56,569 nucleotides of DNA from an uncultured virus (IMG/VR IMGVR_UViG_3300031951_000040) (taxonomy: Duplodnaviria > Heunggongvirae > Uroviricota > Caudoviricetes): IMG/VR virus record IMGVR_UViG_3300031951_000040. One strand, written 5' to 3'. The translations under genes were made by a program, and so were the position numbers. Under the pieces are notes generated by a model. That model saw only the letters and a list, made by a program, of their open reading frames with translations, was not told the origin of the DNA and did no database searches. Position 1 is the stretch's first letter; each line of letters starts with the position of its first letter. This document shows, piece by piece, positions 1 through 9,340 of the stretch.

Positions 1-888
1 ATTGAATGGTAGACCTAAGAATGTGTCTACTGAGCGTTGATTCCACATTAAAGAGATTGCTCGTTTAGGAACTCTTAAACTATCCATGTGAACATCGTGA
101 TAATCACTACTTTGATTTAAAGGGTCTTTTGTTGAGTTATAATAATTAATCCTTTCATCTAAACTCAACTCTCTCGTATAAACTTGAAATCCATAATGAC
201 AAGGTGGAAGAACCATTTGGTCCAGCTCTCCAACATTCCAAGCATTGACCATTAATCGTCTTGAGTCTGGATTTGTTTTAAGGTCGTTGATTAGGTTTGT
301 GATTTGGTCTATTGAATTGTTTTGGTATTCTATTTTGACACCATACTTGGTAACATCTTCACCGATTTCAATTGCTTTTAGTACTCTGTGTTGGTCAGAA
401 CCTTTTACATCCTTTAAGTCGTAATTAGTCACATTCTTTCTACCCCATCTTCTCCATTGCTTACCATACACAGGTCCGAGGTCACCCCACTTCTTAGCAA
501 ACTCATCATCGGTTTTTATTTTGTTGATGAATTCTTCTTTTGTTAATCGAAATCCTAACTCTAACATTTTTTCTTTTGACATATTAGGTAAGATTTTGGC
601 ATCTTCAATTAGATAGTTCTTATACGCATCACCATCCCAAATATGACAATTGTTATCAACAAGGAACTTGATGTTTGTATCACCACGAAGGAACCATAAC
701 AATTCGGTTACCATCGTCTTCCACGCCATTTTCTTGGTTGTAAGTAATGGAAACCCATCGGACATTTTATGACGGATTGTATAACCAAAAATAGATTTGG
801 TTCCTGTACCTGTACGGTCTTTCTTTTCTACCCCATAATCTATAATAGTTTGGAGTAAGTCTGTGTATTGTTTATCTAATTTGTTCAT
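1..888 (-). CDS. thyA: Thymidylate synthase (3' end runs off the window start)
   Basis: Not in the ORF track; manual translation from ATG at 888 gives MNKLDKQY...DRTGTGTKSIFG...FPLLTTKK...ELLWFLRGDTN...GDLGPVYGKQWR...PDSRRLMVNAWN...LPPCHY...WNQRSVDTFLGLPFN, all canonical ThyA motifs. TAATG overlap with the upstream stop. Confidence 0.97.
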   Translation of the reverse strand, partial: MNKLDKQYTDLLQTIIDYGVEKKDRTGTGTKSIFGYTIRHKMSDGFPLLTTKKMAWKTMVTELLWFLRGDTNIKFLVDNNCHIWDGDAYKNYLIEDAKILPNMSKEKMLELGFRLTKEEFINKIKTDDEFAKKWGDLGPVYGKQWRRWGRKNVTNYDLKDVKGSDQHRVLKAIEIGEDVTKYGVKIEYQNNSIDQITNLINDLKTNPDSRRLMVNAWNVGELDQMVLPPCHYGFQVYTRELSLDERINYYNSTKDPLNQSSDYHDVHMDSLRVPKRAISLMWNQRSVDTFLGLPFN

Positions 889-1502
889 TACTCAAATGTT
901 TGAATTTTTGCGTCTACTTCTTTTAATTCAGACCACGTTCCAAGATACGTAATCGCTCTGACTTTTCTATTATCAATCCACACATATTCTTGGTCATCTT
1001 TGATTCTTGGTTTGTCCATAACCAATCCGTGATATTTAAAACCTTTTTCTTTTAACCATGTTTCGGTTACTTCACGGTCTTTACTTTCACGAGCGGTAAA
1101 AAATGTAATTACATTTCCCTCATCGTACCATTTGTTGATGATACCCAACGCGTTTGGGTAATGGTTAGCTGTCGGATAAAGATGTGAATCTTCATTTTTA
1201 ATGTCGTCACAAATTGTCCCATCAATATCAATCAGAAAAACCCGACTAACCATTTTTTGCGTTATTATGATGTCAGCAATTGTACTATGAAAAATATCAT
1301 CGTACATTACTTGACAATTTGTTTTTAAAACATACTCGACTTCATCACCGTCTTTTACATCATATTTTCCGCTTTTTATTTTTTCTAAAGTTTCTTTTGA
1401 TGCTTCAAAATTCTTTGATGAATCTTCAGAAACAATAAACCATCCTTCGACACTGTTAATAAGTTCGTCAGATTTTTTTTGATATATTAATTTACCTTTC
1501 AT
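888..1502 (-). CDS. HAD-superfamily phosphatase-like protein with N-terminal extension
   Basis: LIDIDGTICD (DxDGT), FFTAR, MDKPR, WIDN motifs in the C-terminal ~120 aa. Confidence 0.75.
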   Translation of the reverse strand: MKGKLIYQKKSDELINSVEGWFIVSEDSSKNFEASKETLEKIKSGKYDVKDGDEVEYVLKTNCQVMYDDIFHSTIADIIITQKMVSRVFLIDIDGTICDDIKNEDSHLYPTANHYPNALGIINKWYDEGNVITFFTARESKDREVTETWLKEKGFKYHGLVMDKPRIKDDQEYVWIDNRKVRAITYLGTWSELKEVDAKIQTFE

Positions 1503-1896
1503 TTCTAACCCATTTTCTATCTGAATTTAATGTAAAAGCACCAATAAAATCGTCACCCCGATTCCAATCTTTTGGTGATAATAATGATAATGTATTTACA
1601 CCATTAAAATTATATAAGTAATATGTTTCACCAACAATTGGGTCAAAAGAAATTTTTGATTCCCAAACCATTATTGAATCCACATACTCTCTTTGAAGTT
1701 TTTCTATTGATTGAATGATTTCTTCTCTTTGACGATTAAAGACATCAATCATTTTTTTTGAGGACTCTTTTTTTACGAGACCCACATTAGGTAATTCAAA
1801 TTTTGGCGAACCGATACTGGTAGGATAATGCTTTCTATTAGCGTCGTACCCATTTGTTTCATCCCAAACAACAATATCAGGTTTCTTTTTATTCAT
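1492..1896 (-). CDS. DUF2452-like protein
   Basis: YPTSIGSPKF ... FDPIVGETYYLY ... LSLLSPKDW ... LNSDRKW resembles the Bacteroidota DUF2452 family. Confidence 0.6.
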   Translation of the reverse strand: MNKKKPDIVVWDETNGYDANRKHYPTSIGSPKFELPNVGLVKKESSKKMIDVFNRQREEIIQSIEKLQREYVDSIMVWESKISFDPIVGETYYLYNFNGVNTLSLLSPKDWNRGDDFIGAFTLNSDRKWVRNER

Positions 1897-2062
1897 CCTC
1901 CAAACCGTCCATTAAAGTTACGTCCCAATCTGAAAAATCGTCACCTAATTCCATACCCAATTTCAAATTTTCCAAAAAATTTTTTTCCCATTCCTCATAA
2001 GAAAGATTTGAGTTGGGATTTTGTTTAATGTAAATTTTATATTGTCTTTTAAGGGTTGACAT
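1889..2062 (-). CDS. Small hypothetical protein (57 aa)
   Basis: Manual translation MSTLKRQYK...DWDVTLMDGLEDE; fills the gap and overlaps both neighbours. Confidence 0.7.
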   Translation of the reverse strand: MSTLKRQYKIYIKQNPNSNLSYEEWEKNFLENLKLGMELGDDFSDWDVTLMDGLEDE

Positions 2063-2477
2063 CGTTTTGTTCAGAATCTCTTATGTCAATTAATTTTTGA
2101 ATTCTACTCCTACCTTTTTCACCAATTGGTACCGGATTACCTTCTTCATCAATCCTAACAAACCTTATGTTTGTTTTCAAGATGACAATTTGGTTACCTG
2201 TGTAAACATTATGTGCTCTTGCTTCCATATACAAGGTAACTGAAGTATTCCCTAATTTACTTGGTGACCCGTAAATTTTAATCAACTGACCCTCTTTGGC
2301 TGGTTTTTCAAAAAAACATTTATCAATTGATACGGTAACTAATCTTGGTGAATCACACAATTGCATGGAGTATCCCGCAGCCGCCGCGTCAATCCACGCT
2401 AAAAGTTTTCCACCGAATAAATTTCCGTGGAATCCTAAATCCGACTTTTTTATGGGGTGTGAATTCAAAAATTCCAT
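2049..2477 (-). CDS. Acyl-CoA thioesterase (hotdog fold)
   Basis: DLGFHGNLFGGKLLAWIDAAA, VTVSID, GNTSVT, FVRIDEEGNPVP. Confidence 0.9.
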   Translation of the reverse strand: MEFLNSHPIKKSDLGFHGNLFGGKLLAWIDAAAAGYSMQLCDSPRLVTVSIDKCFFEKPAKEGQLIKIYGSPSKLGNTSVTLYMEARAHNVYTGNQIVILKTNIRFVRIDEEGNPVPIGEKGRSRIQKLIDIRDSEQNDVNP

Positions 2478-2647
2478 TACTCAAAAGTTATTTGTTCTCT
2501 AATAATGTATTCTTTTAATGCGTTTTCCGCTTCTATTTTAGTTGCAAAAACCCCAATAGTTTGGTCAAATTCTGTTGGGTCGGACACACCAAATTGTCCG
2601 TTTAATGTTTCATAAATGAACGTATCTAAAATTTGTTGACTTACCAT
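2477..2647 (-). CDS. Small hypothetical protein (56 aa)
   Basis: Manual translation MVSQQILDTFIYE...REQITFE; TAATG coupling to the thioesterase. Confidence 0.65.
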   Translation of the reverse strand: MVSQQILDTFIYETLNGQFGVSDPTEFDQTIGVFATKIEAENALKEYIIREQITFE

Positions 2648-2654
2648 AATTAAT

Positions 2655-2819
2655 TTATATTTCTTGATTTTTATTTGATTCCGATTCTTGATTTATTGAT
2701 TCAGAATTTTTAGTCTCTTGCATTTTCTTAAATAAATTCATCAATGTGGACTCTTCTCTCTTTAATCTTTGATTACGAGCTTGAACTTTTTTTCTATGTT
2801 CTTTGTCTTTTTTTCCCAT
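2655..2819 (-). CDS. Small hypothetical protein (54 aa, basic N-terminus)
   Basis: Manual translation MGKKDKEHRKKVQARNQRLK...; fills the gap in the operon. Confidence 0.6.
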   Translation of the reverse strand: MGKKDKEHRKKVQARNQRLKREESTLMNLFKKMQETKNSESINQESESNKNQEI

Positions 2820-2825
2820 GGTATT

Positions 2826-3950
2826 TTATTCTTCTTCATCTTTTCGATAACTTTCCAAGAGTTCCTCCCCTGAAAGTGTACCGTATTTATTTACAATTTT
2901 TTCGGTGTCTATTTCAACATTCATCATGTGATGAACATTATTTAATTCTTCGGCTAATGATAAACTATCACTAATCACTTTAACGATTTTATATGGGTCC
3001 GCGTGTGATGCTGGTCTCCTGTCTTCAAGATAACCCTTCCATGTCTCACCAACGGATTTTGGTACACGGATAGATGCACCTCTGTCTGAGACACCCCAAC
3101 TAAATTTATCAATAGATTGTGTCTCAAAATGACCTGTTAATCTCAAATGGTTATCAGAACCATAAGAGTCAATATGTTCTTGTGTTCTTGATTCAAAAGA
3201 CCTAAAAATTGCATTGAAGTATTGTTCACCACCCTCTTCTCTCATTTTTTGATTTGAGAAATTTGTATGTAAACCTGAACCGTTCCATTCTCCGTGGGTC
3301 ATCGGTTTGGGATGTAACTCAATAGAACGACCATATTTCTCAGCAATTTTATGTAAAAAATATCTACTCATCCATAAATCATCAGAAGCGGCAATTTTAC
3401 CTGTTGCAAAAATTTGGTATTCCCATTGACCTAATGCAACCTCTGAATTGGTTCCCTCCACATTGATGTCATATTTTAAACACATGTTCAAATGTTCATC
3501 AGAAATATTTCGACCAACAATATGTCCACCTACACCACAATAATAAATTCCTTGACCGTCAATGATACCATTTCTTTCAAATCCAAGAATTGGATTATTA
3601 TGTGAAGAACGAATAAAATATTCCTGTTCAAATCCAACCCAAAAATTTACATCTTCCTCACCTACTTTTGCTCTATGATTTGATGGATGAATTTCATTAT
3701 TACCATCTAAAACCTCACATAATACATATACTGTATCAAGTGAACTATTTGTATGATATAATTTTACTGGCTTAAGATAACAATCTGAAAAGTTACCTTC
3801 CGCTTGTTTAGTTGAGCTTCCGTCAAACCCCCAATTGGGGATGTGTTTCAATTCAAATGGTGCCGGTAGGTCCACAATTTTTATTTTACTTCTGAGATTT
3901 GGCTCAGGGGAATACCCATCAAGCCATACGTATTCTACTTTTGTTTTCAT
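2826..3950 (-). CDS. glnII: Glutamine synthetase type II
   Basis: EYVWLDG, WGFDGSST, GFEQEY, YYCGVG, EVALGQWEYQI, PKP..GEWNGSGLHTNFS, RLTGHFET, DRGASIRVP, GYLEDRRPAS. Confidence 0.95.
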   Translation of the reverse strand: MKTKVEYVWLDGYSPEPNLRSKIKIVDLPAPFELKHIPNWGFDGSSTKQAEGNFSDCYLKPVKLYHTNSSLDTVYVLCEVLDGNNEIHPSNHRAKVGEEDVNFWVGFEQEYFIRSSHNNPILGFERNGIIDGQGIYYCGVGGHIVGRNISDEHLNMCLKYDINVEGTNSEVALGQWEYQIFATGKIAASDDLWMSRYFLHKIAEKYGRSIELHPKPMTHGEWNGSGLHTNFSNQKMREEGGEQYFNAIFRSFESRTQEHIDSYGSDNHLRLTGHFETQSIDKFSWGVSDRGASIRVPKSVGETWKGYLEDRRPASHADPYKIVKVISDSLSLAEELNNVHHMMNVEIDTEKIVNKYGTLSGEELLESYRKDEEE

Positions 3951-4156
3951 TTTTTATAATATATGTTTTTCTGTATCTGAATACCGACCATAAAAATTAA
4001 GAATCTCAAAGCCAAACCCCAGCTTGGTGAGGTTGCACCGGTTTCAAAAAACGTGTCTTTACGGTAGTAAAATATGGGAGTTGGTAAAAGAAACCAATGG
4101 TATTTCTTTCTTATTACAAAAAAATCCGTGATGTATTTCTTTTCTTTATTTGACAT
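3947..4156 (-). CDS. Hypothetical protein
   Basis: ORF with ATGA overlap to the GS gene. Confidence 0.6.
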   Translation of the reverse strand: MSNKEKKYITDFFVIRKKYHWFLLPTPIFYYRKDTFFETGATSPSWGLALRFLIFMVGIQIQKNIYYKK

Positions 4157-4322
4157 TTTTTTTCTTTTTTAAATAATCTAAAACTATATTGAATGAACCA
4201 AGAGAAATTATACCAAATCCAAAATATTTTTCAATCTCGGGATTACTGGTGTTCATTCCGTATTTTTCAATTATGATTCCCGTCAGAATCATCAGTACGT
4301 AAATTATTGTCCTTATATTCAT
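4146..4322 (-). CDS. Small membrane protein (58 aa, two hydrophobic segments)
   Basis: Manual translation MNIRTIIYVLMILTGIIIEKYG...YFGFGIISLGSFNIVLDYLKKKKNVK. Confidence 0.6.
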   Translation of the reverse strand: MNIRTIIYVLMILTGIIIEKYGMNTSNPEIEKYFGFGIISLGSFNIVLDYLKKKKNVK

Positions 4323-4512
4323 ATGTTTTTAAGTATTGAATTGTTTTATATAACGTGTGTGTTTCCCTCATGTTAAAAACACCGGAATAATGACCATGTT
4401 GTAAACCCATTTCAATAATTTGAATTGCCATCTGTGGGTTTAAATTATCTAAAACCATTTCCAATTCATCATTATTGTCAAAATTTAATTGGTCGTTGAA
4501 TAGTCCTTTCAT
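4267..4512 (-). CDS. Hypothetical protein
   Basis: ORF directly downstream of a sigma70-like promoter. Confidence 0.7.
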   Translation of the reverse strand: MKGLFNDQLNFDNNDELEMVLDNLNPQMAIQIIEMGLQHGHYSGVFNMRETHTLYKTIQYLKTYEYKDNNLRTDDSDGNHN

Positions 4513-4520
4513 GATATTAA

Positions 4521-4549
4521 AATATAGTAAACAAATATGATAAAGTCAA
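4521..4549 (-). promoter_or_regulatory. Sigma70-like promoter TTGACT-N17-TATATT
   Basis: -35 at 4544-4549, -10 at 4521-4526, 8 nt before the ATG at 4512. Confidence 0.65.
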
Positions 4550-4550
4550 A

Positions 4551-4558
4551 TATTTATA
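4551..4558 (+). promoter_or_regulatory. TATTTATA motif (putative late promoter)
   Basis: Recurrent motif; here 5 nt upstream of ATG 4564. Confidence 0.5.
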
Positions 4559-4563
4559 AAAAT

Positions 4564-4932
4564 ATGTCAGTGATTATTAATAATACAAAGTTCCCTGCGG
4601 AATACCTATCCGAACCTGAAGAAATTAGTCAAGGTATGATGGGTAGAGATAATTTAAATGGTTGTATGGTTTTTAATATGGGTGGTGTTGGTCACCATTC
4701 TTTTTGGATGAAAAACTGTTTAATACCTTTGGATATTGTTTTTGTATTGAAAAATAGAATCAGTAAAATACATAGAAATTGTGAACCCGCTGGTCAAAAT
4801 GAATTGAACCCAAAAAGATACACCGGCATAGGTGACCATGTTATTGAGTTTCCCGCCGGTGTTACTGATAAATTTAAAGAAGGTGACCGAGTTAATATGT
4901 ATTTGGGAACACCTATGAATCCTGTCCGTTAA
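4564..4932 (+). CDS. DUF192 family protein
   Basis: QGMMGR, GCMVF, HSFWMKNCLIPLDIVF, VIEFPAG; start taken as the second ATG. Confidence 0.85.
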   Translation: MSVIINNTKFPAEYLSEPEEISQGMMGRDNLNGCMVFNMGGVGHHSFWMKNCLIPLDIVFVLKNRISKIHRNCEPAGQNELNPKRYTGIGDHVIEFPAGVTDKFKEGDRVNMYLGTPMNPVR

Positions 4933-4934
4933 TT

Positions 4935-5789
4935 TTATTCTTCAAACATTACCAGTTGTTTCTTTTGGTTATCATAATCAATCAATCTCTGTTGAGATAT
5001 CTTTGTGTAAGATTCTGATAACTCAAAACCAATATAATTTCTATTCAGCTTCTTAGCTGACAAAGCGGTGGTTCCACTTCCTGAAAAACAATCAACAATC
5101 AGGTCATTTTGATAGGAAAGTATTTTTATTGCTTTCATTGGGATGTCCATGGAGAATGTGGCTTTAGTTAAAGATTTTGTGTCGTTGAAGTATTTCCATT
5201 GACCAAAGACTAATTCCATGAATTCGTTTTTGTCTTTATCTGAATAAACCCTTTTGTTTTTAAAATTACCTTCCTCGTTTTCGACCTCAATCTGATTATA
5301 AGACCATTGAGATATACCTTTTTCTTTCTTTTTGTAATCTTTCTTATATGCAAGAATTACACATTCTTTTGGATTGTATATGTATGGTGATGATGGTGAC
5401 ATCCAAGAACCCCAAGCGGTTGTTTTAGAACGGTGTGGAGAATCCTCCTCTAAGTCCACAACACCAAAGAATCCAAAACCAATCTCTTTCATCATCTGCC
5501 AATATTCAGATACTAAGAAAATTCTCCCACCTCTTTCTCTAACGTTTATTTCATATGGTATATTCAAGGCAATTCTACCATCATCTTTTAATGTACGGTA
5601 AACTTCGGATAACCATTTCTTACACCACTCAAAATACTCATCCATCGGAGCATCGTCTTTGTGCACATCATAACTAATACCGACATTGTACGGTGGACTC
5701 GTAACAAAGAGGTCTACAGTACCGTCATTTAACTCCTTAAACAGTTCTAAGCAGTCACCCTGATAAATTTTATTCATTTCCATTGACAA
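4935..5789 (-). CDS. DNA methyltransferase, beta class (N4-C/N6-A)
   Basis: QGDCLE, VTSPPYN catalytic motif, DCFSGSGTT SAM motif, YIGFELS. Confidence 0.92.
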   Translation of the reverse strand: MSMEMNKIYQGDCLELFKELNDGTVDLFVTSPPYNVGISYDVHKDDAPMDEYFEWCKKWLSEVYRTLKDDGRIALNIPYEINVRERGGRIFLVSEYWQMMKEIGFGFFGVVDLEEDSPHRSKTTAWGSWMSPSSPYIYNPKECVILAYKKDYKKKEKGISQWSYNQIEVENEEGNFKNKRVYSDKDKNEFMELVFGQWKYFNDTKSLTKATFSMDIPMKAIKILSYQNDLIVDCFSGSGTTALSAKKLNRNYIGFELSESYTKISQQRLIDYDNQKKQLVMFEE

Positions 5790-5847
5790 ATTGTTTTCTA
5801 TTTATTATTATTACAAAAGATAACGAATAAAAAACAATAAACCAAAA

Positions 5848-5855
5848 TATTTATA
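5848..5855 (+). promoter_or_regulatory. TATTTATA motif (putative late promoter)
   Basis: 15 nt upstream of ATG 5871. Confidence 0.5.
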
Positions 5856-5870
5856 AAAAAACTTAAAATC

Positions 5871-6056
5871 ATGGGATGCGGATGTAAAAAAAGAAACCAA
5901 CCTGTTAGTAATCAAACGGTAAACATTCAACTAACCGAAGGTGGTTCAACACCTCCACAGGAGATTACAATTATGGAACAACAACTTGACCAAATCATAA
6001 AAAAGGTTGAGGAGATTAACAATCAAACTAACGAAGAAAACACAGAAGGACAATAA
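5871..6056 (+). CDS. Small protein starting MGCGCKK
   Basis: ORF flanked by a TATTTATA motif and a terminator. Confidence 0.75.
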   Translation: MGCGCKKRNQPVSNQTVNIQLTEGGSTPPQEITIMEQQLDQIIKKVEEINNQTNEENTEGQ

Positions 6057-6060
6057 ATTG

Positions 6061-6095
6061 TATCGGACAGTCTAATAAATTGTCCGATATTTTTT
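6061..6095 (+). terminator. Intrinsic terminator
   Basis: Stem TATCGGACA (6061-6069) / TGTCCGATA (6081-6089) followed by a T-run. Confidence 0.7.
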
Positions 6096-6132
6096 GTCTT
6101 TTATAATATATATAAATTTATATACTTATATT

Positions 6133-6333
6133 ATGCCTAAACAACAAACAAAACTAACCAGCGTTAACATCATAGATGATGTTTATAAAAGATTTAAGAT
6201 AAAAAGTGTAGATGGTTCAATCAATCTACAAAAATTAGTAAACCGAGCTCTTGACCTATATAACACTAGAGAAGATTTTAGAAAACAAATTGATAATCAC
6301 AACGGTCTTGCACCAAACGGTTCCAAATTTTAA
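6133..6333 (+). CDS. Small protein, possibly ribbon-helix-helix DNA-binding
   Basis: LTSVNIIDDVYKRFKI...LQKLVNRALDLY strand-helix-helix pattern; ATG 6133 preferred. Confidence 0.5.
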   Translation: MPKQQTKLTSVNIIDDVYKRFKIKSVDGSINLQKLVNRALDLYNTREDFRKQIDNHNGLAPNGSKF

Positions 6334-6382
6334 GTTGTGAATTTTATTTCTTATATTATCATCAATATTTTAAAACAAAAAA

Positions 6383-7840
6383 ATGATTACAATAGGTTAC
6401 AGTACAAGAGAGTCCAACCCAAAATTTCAAGAATATTTAAAAAAAACTTGTGGACACCCCAAAGTTCAAGTTATTGAAAAAGTAAACAATGGTGAAAAAA
6501 GTCTTTCACAAACTTACAATGAAATTATTCAAGAGTCGATTCATGATATTGTCGTACTTTGTCATGATGACATTTACTTTAATACGACTTCGTGGGGTAG
6601 AAAATTAGTCAAACATTTTGAAGAATCTGACTACGGGATTCTCGGTGTTGCCGGTACAACCAATATTCATGAGAGTGGTAGGTGGTGGACAGATAATACC
6701 AAAATGGTTGGTATTGTTAATCATGAAAATGAGGGTAAAAAATGGGAATCGAGATATGCAAATGGAATCCCAAATTCAATTCACGAAGTTTGTTTAGTGG
6801 ATGGTTTATTCATTGGAATCCACAAAAACAGAATAAAACACACTTTTGATGAGTCAGTACCGGGTTTTCATTTTTATGATATGGTATTCTGTACTAGCAA
6901 TCACTTAAGTGAGGTAAACATCGGTGTTATATACAACATAAGAATCACTCACAAATCAATCGGAATGACCAATGATTCTTGGGAAAAGAATAGGGAATTT
7001 TACATTGAAAAATTTAAAGAGAACCTACCAATTAATATAACACCAAAAATTGATTATGACATAACCAAACCAAAACAGTTTAAAGATAAATTTAATTTAA
7101 TAGTTCAAACATCAAACGATAATGAAAATTTAATTCAGTTTTTTGAAAACATAAAAAAATTACCAGTGTTTGATAGTTTACAGATTTCACTCATCTCGAC
7201 GGATACCAATATAGACAATATTAGAGAATTTGAATCTGAAAATATTAAAATTTACGAGGGTTTTTTTGATACATTAAATAAAAACTTATCAGTACTGAAA
7301 TGGGATGAATCGTTTATGGAATCAAAAACAGATTTGTTATTTTTCAGTAATGATACTGTTACCGTATTGAACGACGTTTTCTCAAGTATGTATTCAATAT
7401 TTAAGAGTGAAAAAAATACTTTTGGGTGCGTCTTTCCTACAGTATTAGAAAACGACCGAACAATTTTTTCAAATGGATTGGATATAGTTCAAAACAACGA
7501 ACAGTTCAATTTAATTTTTAAAAACAAATCATCTTTTTTCAATATTTTACACGGACACTTTCCAAACAATTTTGGTAGTATTAGTGACTTTTTTGCCACT
7601 ACATCTACAAATTTAAAAATGATTGATTGGTTTGATATTAATTTAGAAACATCAATTTATAACTTAGATTTTGCGTTGAAAACTTTACTTAAAAAACGTA
7701 AAACATTCATTGACACAAACAGTGTGGTAATGATTGATATGGCATCAAAATTTGAAAAGGTTGATGTTGAATTAAAACAAGTCTTAGGTCAGTACATAAA
7801 CTCACCTGAAATTAGAAAAAATATCAAACAATTAAGATGA
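6383..7840 (+). CDS. Glycosyltransferase-like protein (GT2-related N-terminal domain plus degenerate second domain)
   Basis: SLSQTYN, VVLCHDDI, GILGVAG, VDGLFI, FDE..GFHFYD. Confidence 0.8.
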   Translation: MITIGYSTRESNPKFQEYLKKTCGHPKVQVIEKVNNGEKSLSQTYNEIIQESIHDIVVLCHDDIYFNTTSWGRKLVKHFEESDYGILGVAGTTNIHESGRWWTDNTKMVGIVNHENEGKKWESRYANGIPNSIHEVCLVDGLFIGIHKNRIKHTFDESVPGFHFYDMVFCTSNHLSEVNIGVIYNIRITHKSIGMTNDSWEKNREFYIEKFKENLPINITPKIDYDITKPKQFKDKFNLIVQTSNDNENLIQFFENIKKLPVFDSLQISLISTDTNIDNIREFESENIKIYEGFFDTLNKNLSVLKWDESFMESKTDLLFFSNDTVTVLNDVFSSMYSIFKSEKNTFGCVFPTVLENDRTIFSNGLDIVQNNEQFNLIFKNKSSFFNILHGHFPNNFGSISDFFATTSTNLKMIDWFDINLETSIYNLDFALKTLLKKRKTFIDTNSVVMIDMASKFEKVDVELKQVLGQYINSPEIRKNIKQLR

Positions 7841-8616
7841 TAAAAATTGTATCGGGATTTACAGAAAAAGGTGGTTCTACCACTTTTTTTATAAACTTAA
7901 CAAATTTCTTAAATGAAAATGGTATTGATTGCACATTTTACGGTAATCAGAATTACCATTTAGACAAATGTAAATCAGGGAACATTGAAAAAGATTTAAA
8001 GTATGAATCTGATGATATTGTAATTACCCATTTTTTACAACTACAGGAAAGACCACCTGTTAAAAAAGTTATTTTGTCTTGTCATGAAAAATGGTGGTTC
8101 CCTGTTGGTAAAATTAAACAGTATTGGGACCTGTGCGTGTTTTTACATGAAGAGCATCGAAAATATCACTCGGATTACAGGGGTGATTATGTAATAATAC
8201 CAAACATCAAAGAAAATTTAATTATTTCAAATAAAGAGCTGGTAAGAAATATTGCAGGAATTATTGGTACAATTGAAGACAGAAAACAGACCCATGTGTC
8301 AATACAAAGAGCATTAAAAGACAGGTGTGAAAAAATCTATTTGTTCGGTCACATCGGTGACCAAAACTATTTTGACAAATTGGTAAAACCTTTAATGAAT
8401 CCAAGAGTAATTCATTACGGTCACACCACCAATAAACAAGAAATGTACGATATGATTGGTAAGGTATATCACTCATCAAAGGGTGAGGTTGCTTGTTTGG
8501 TTAAAGATGAATGTTATTTAACCGGTACAGAGTTTTATGGTAATGAAGAGACTATGAATGAAGTTTCTAAATTAAGTAACGAAGAGATATTAACACTTTG
8601 GAAAAACATATTTTAA
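7837..8616 (+). CDS. Putative GT-B (GT4-like) glycosyltransferase
   Basis: N-terminal GGST, IIPN, GTIEDRKQ, YHSSKGEVACLV. Confidence 0.65.
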   Translation: MIKIVSGFTEKGGSTTFFINLTNFLNENGIDCTFYGNQNYHLDKCKSGNIEKDLKYESDDIVITHFLQLQERPPVKKVILSCHEKWWFPVGKIKQYWDLCVFLHEEHRKYHSDYRGDYVIIPNIKENLIISNKELVRNIAGIIGTIEDRKQTHVSIQRALKDRCEKIYLFGHIGDQNYFDKLVKPLMNPRVIHYGHTTNKQEMYDMIGKVYHSSKGEVACLVKDECYLTGTEFYGNEETMNEVSKLSNEEILTLWKNIF

Positions 8617-8617
8617 A

Positions 8618-9340
8618 ATGAAGATACACGCACATATACTGTCATGGAATGAAGAAAAAATATTACCATTCACATTGGATTACTATAGTACAATCTGTGA
8701 AAAAATATTCATATACGATAATATGTCAACGGACTCCTCTGATGAGATTTATAAGAGGTACCCAAAAGTTGAGGTTATTAAATGGGATAGTGGTAATGAA
8801 ATAAATGAAATTAATTACGTAAACATTAAATCCGAAGAGTATAAAAAAAGAAGTAGAGGTCAGGGTGTTGATTGGGTTATAGTTTGTGACTGTGATGAGT
8901 TTATATACCATGAAAATCTTATGGATAAACTTCAAGAGTACAAAGAAATGGGTATAACCGTCCCAAGAATAGACGGTCACGACATGGTTAGTACTGAATT
9001 TCCAATATACGACGGTGAATTCATTACAACAAAAATTAAAACAGGTTCACAAACGTATGAACCAATGTGTAAAAATATAATTTTTCATCCTGATTTAGAT
9101 ATAAAATACGGCATTGGTGGTCACAGTTTTAATTCTGTTGATGGTAAATTTTCGGATGAGCGGGAAATAAAACTTCTTCACTATAAATTCTTGGGTAAAG
9201 ACTACGTGAAGAACATTTACATTTCAAGAGCAAAGAGATTGTCATCGTTCAATAAACAACATAAATTCGGTGAACATTATTTTAATTTACCATTCAATTA
9301 CATGGACAGCATGTTAAAAGAAAATTATCAAGTTATATGA
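8618..9340 (+). CDS. Glycosyltransferase family 2-like
   Basis: WNEEKILPF, YDNMSTDSS, WVIVCDCDEF (DxD), LLHYKFLG. Confidence 0.85.
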   Translation: MKIHAHILSWNEEKILPFTLDYYSTICEKIFIYDNMSTDSSDEIYKRYPKVEVIKWDSGNEINEINYVNIKSEEYKKRSRGQGVDWVIVCDCDEFIYHENLMDKLQEYKEMGITVPRIDGHDMVSTEFPIYDGEFITTKIKTGSQTYEPMCKNIIFHPDLDIKYGIGGHSFNSVDGKFSDEREIKLLHYKFLGKDYVKNIYISRAKRLSSFNKQHKFGEHYFNLPFNYMDSMLKENYQVI

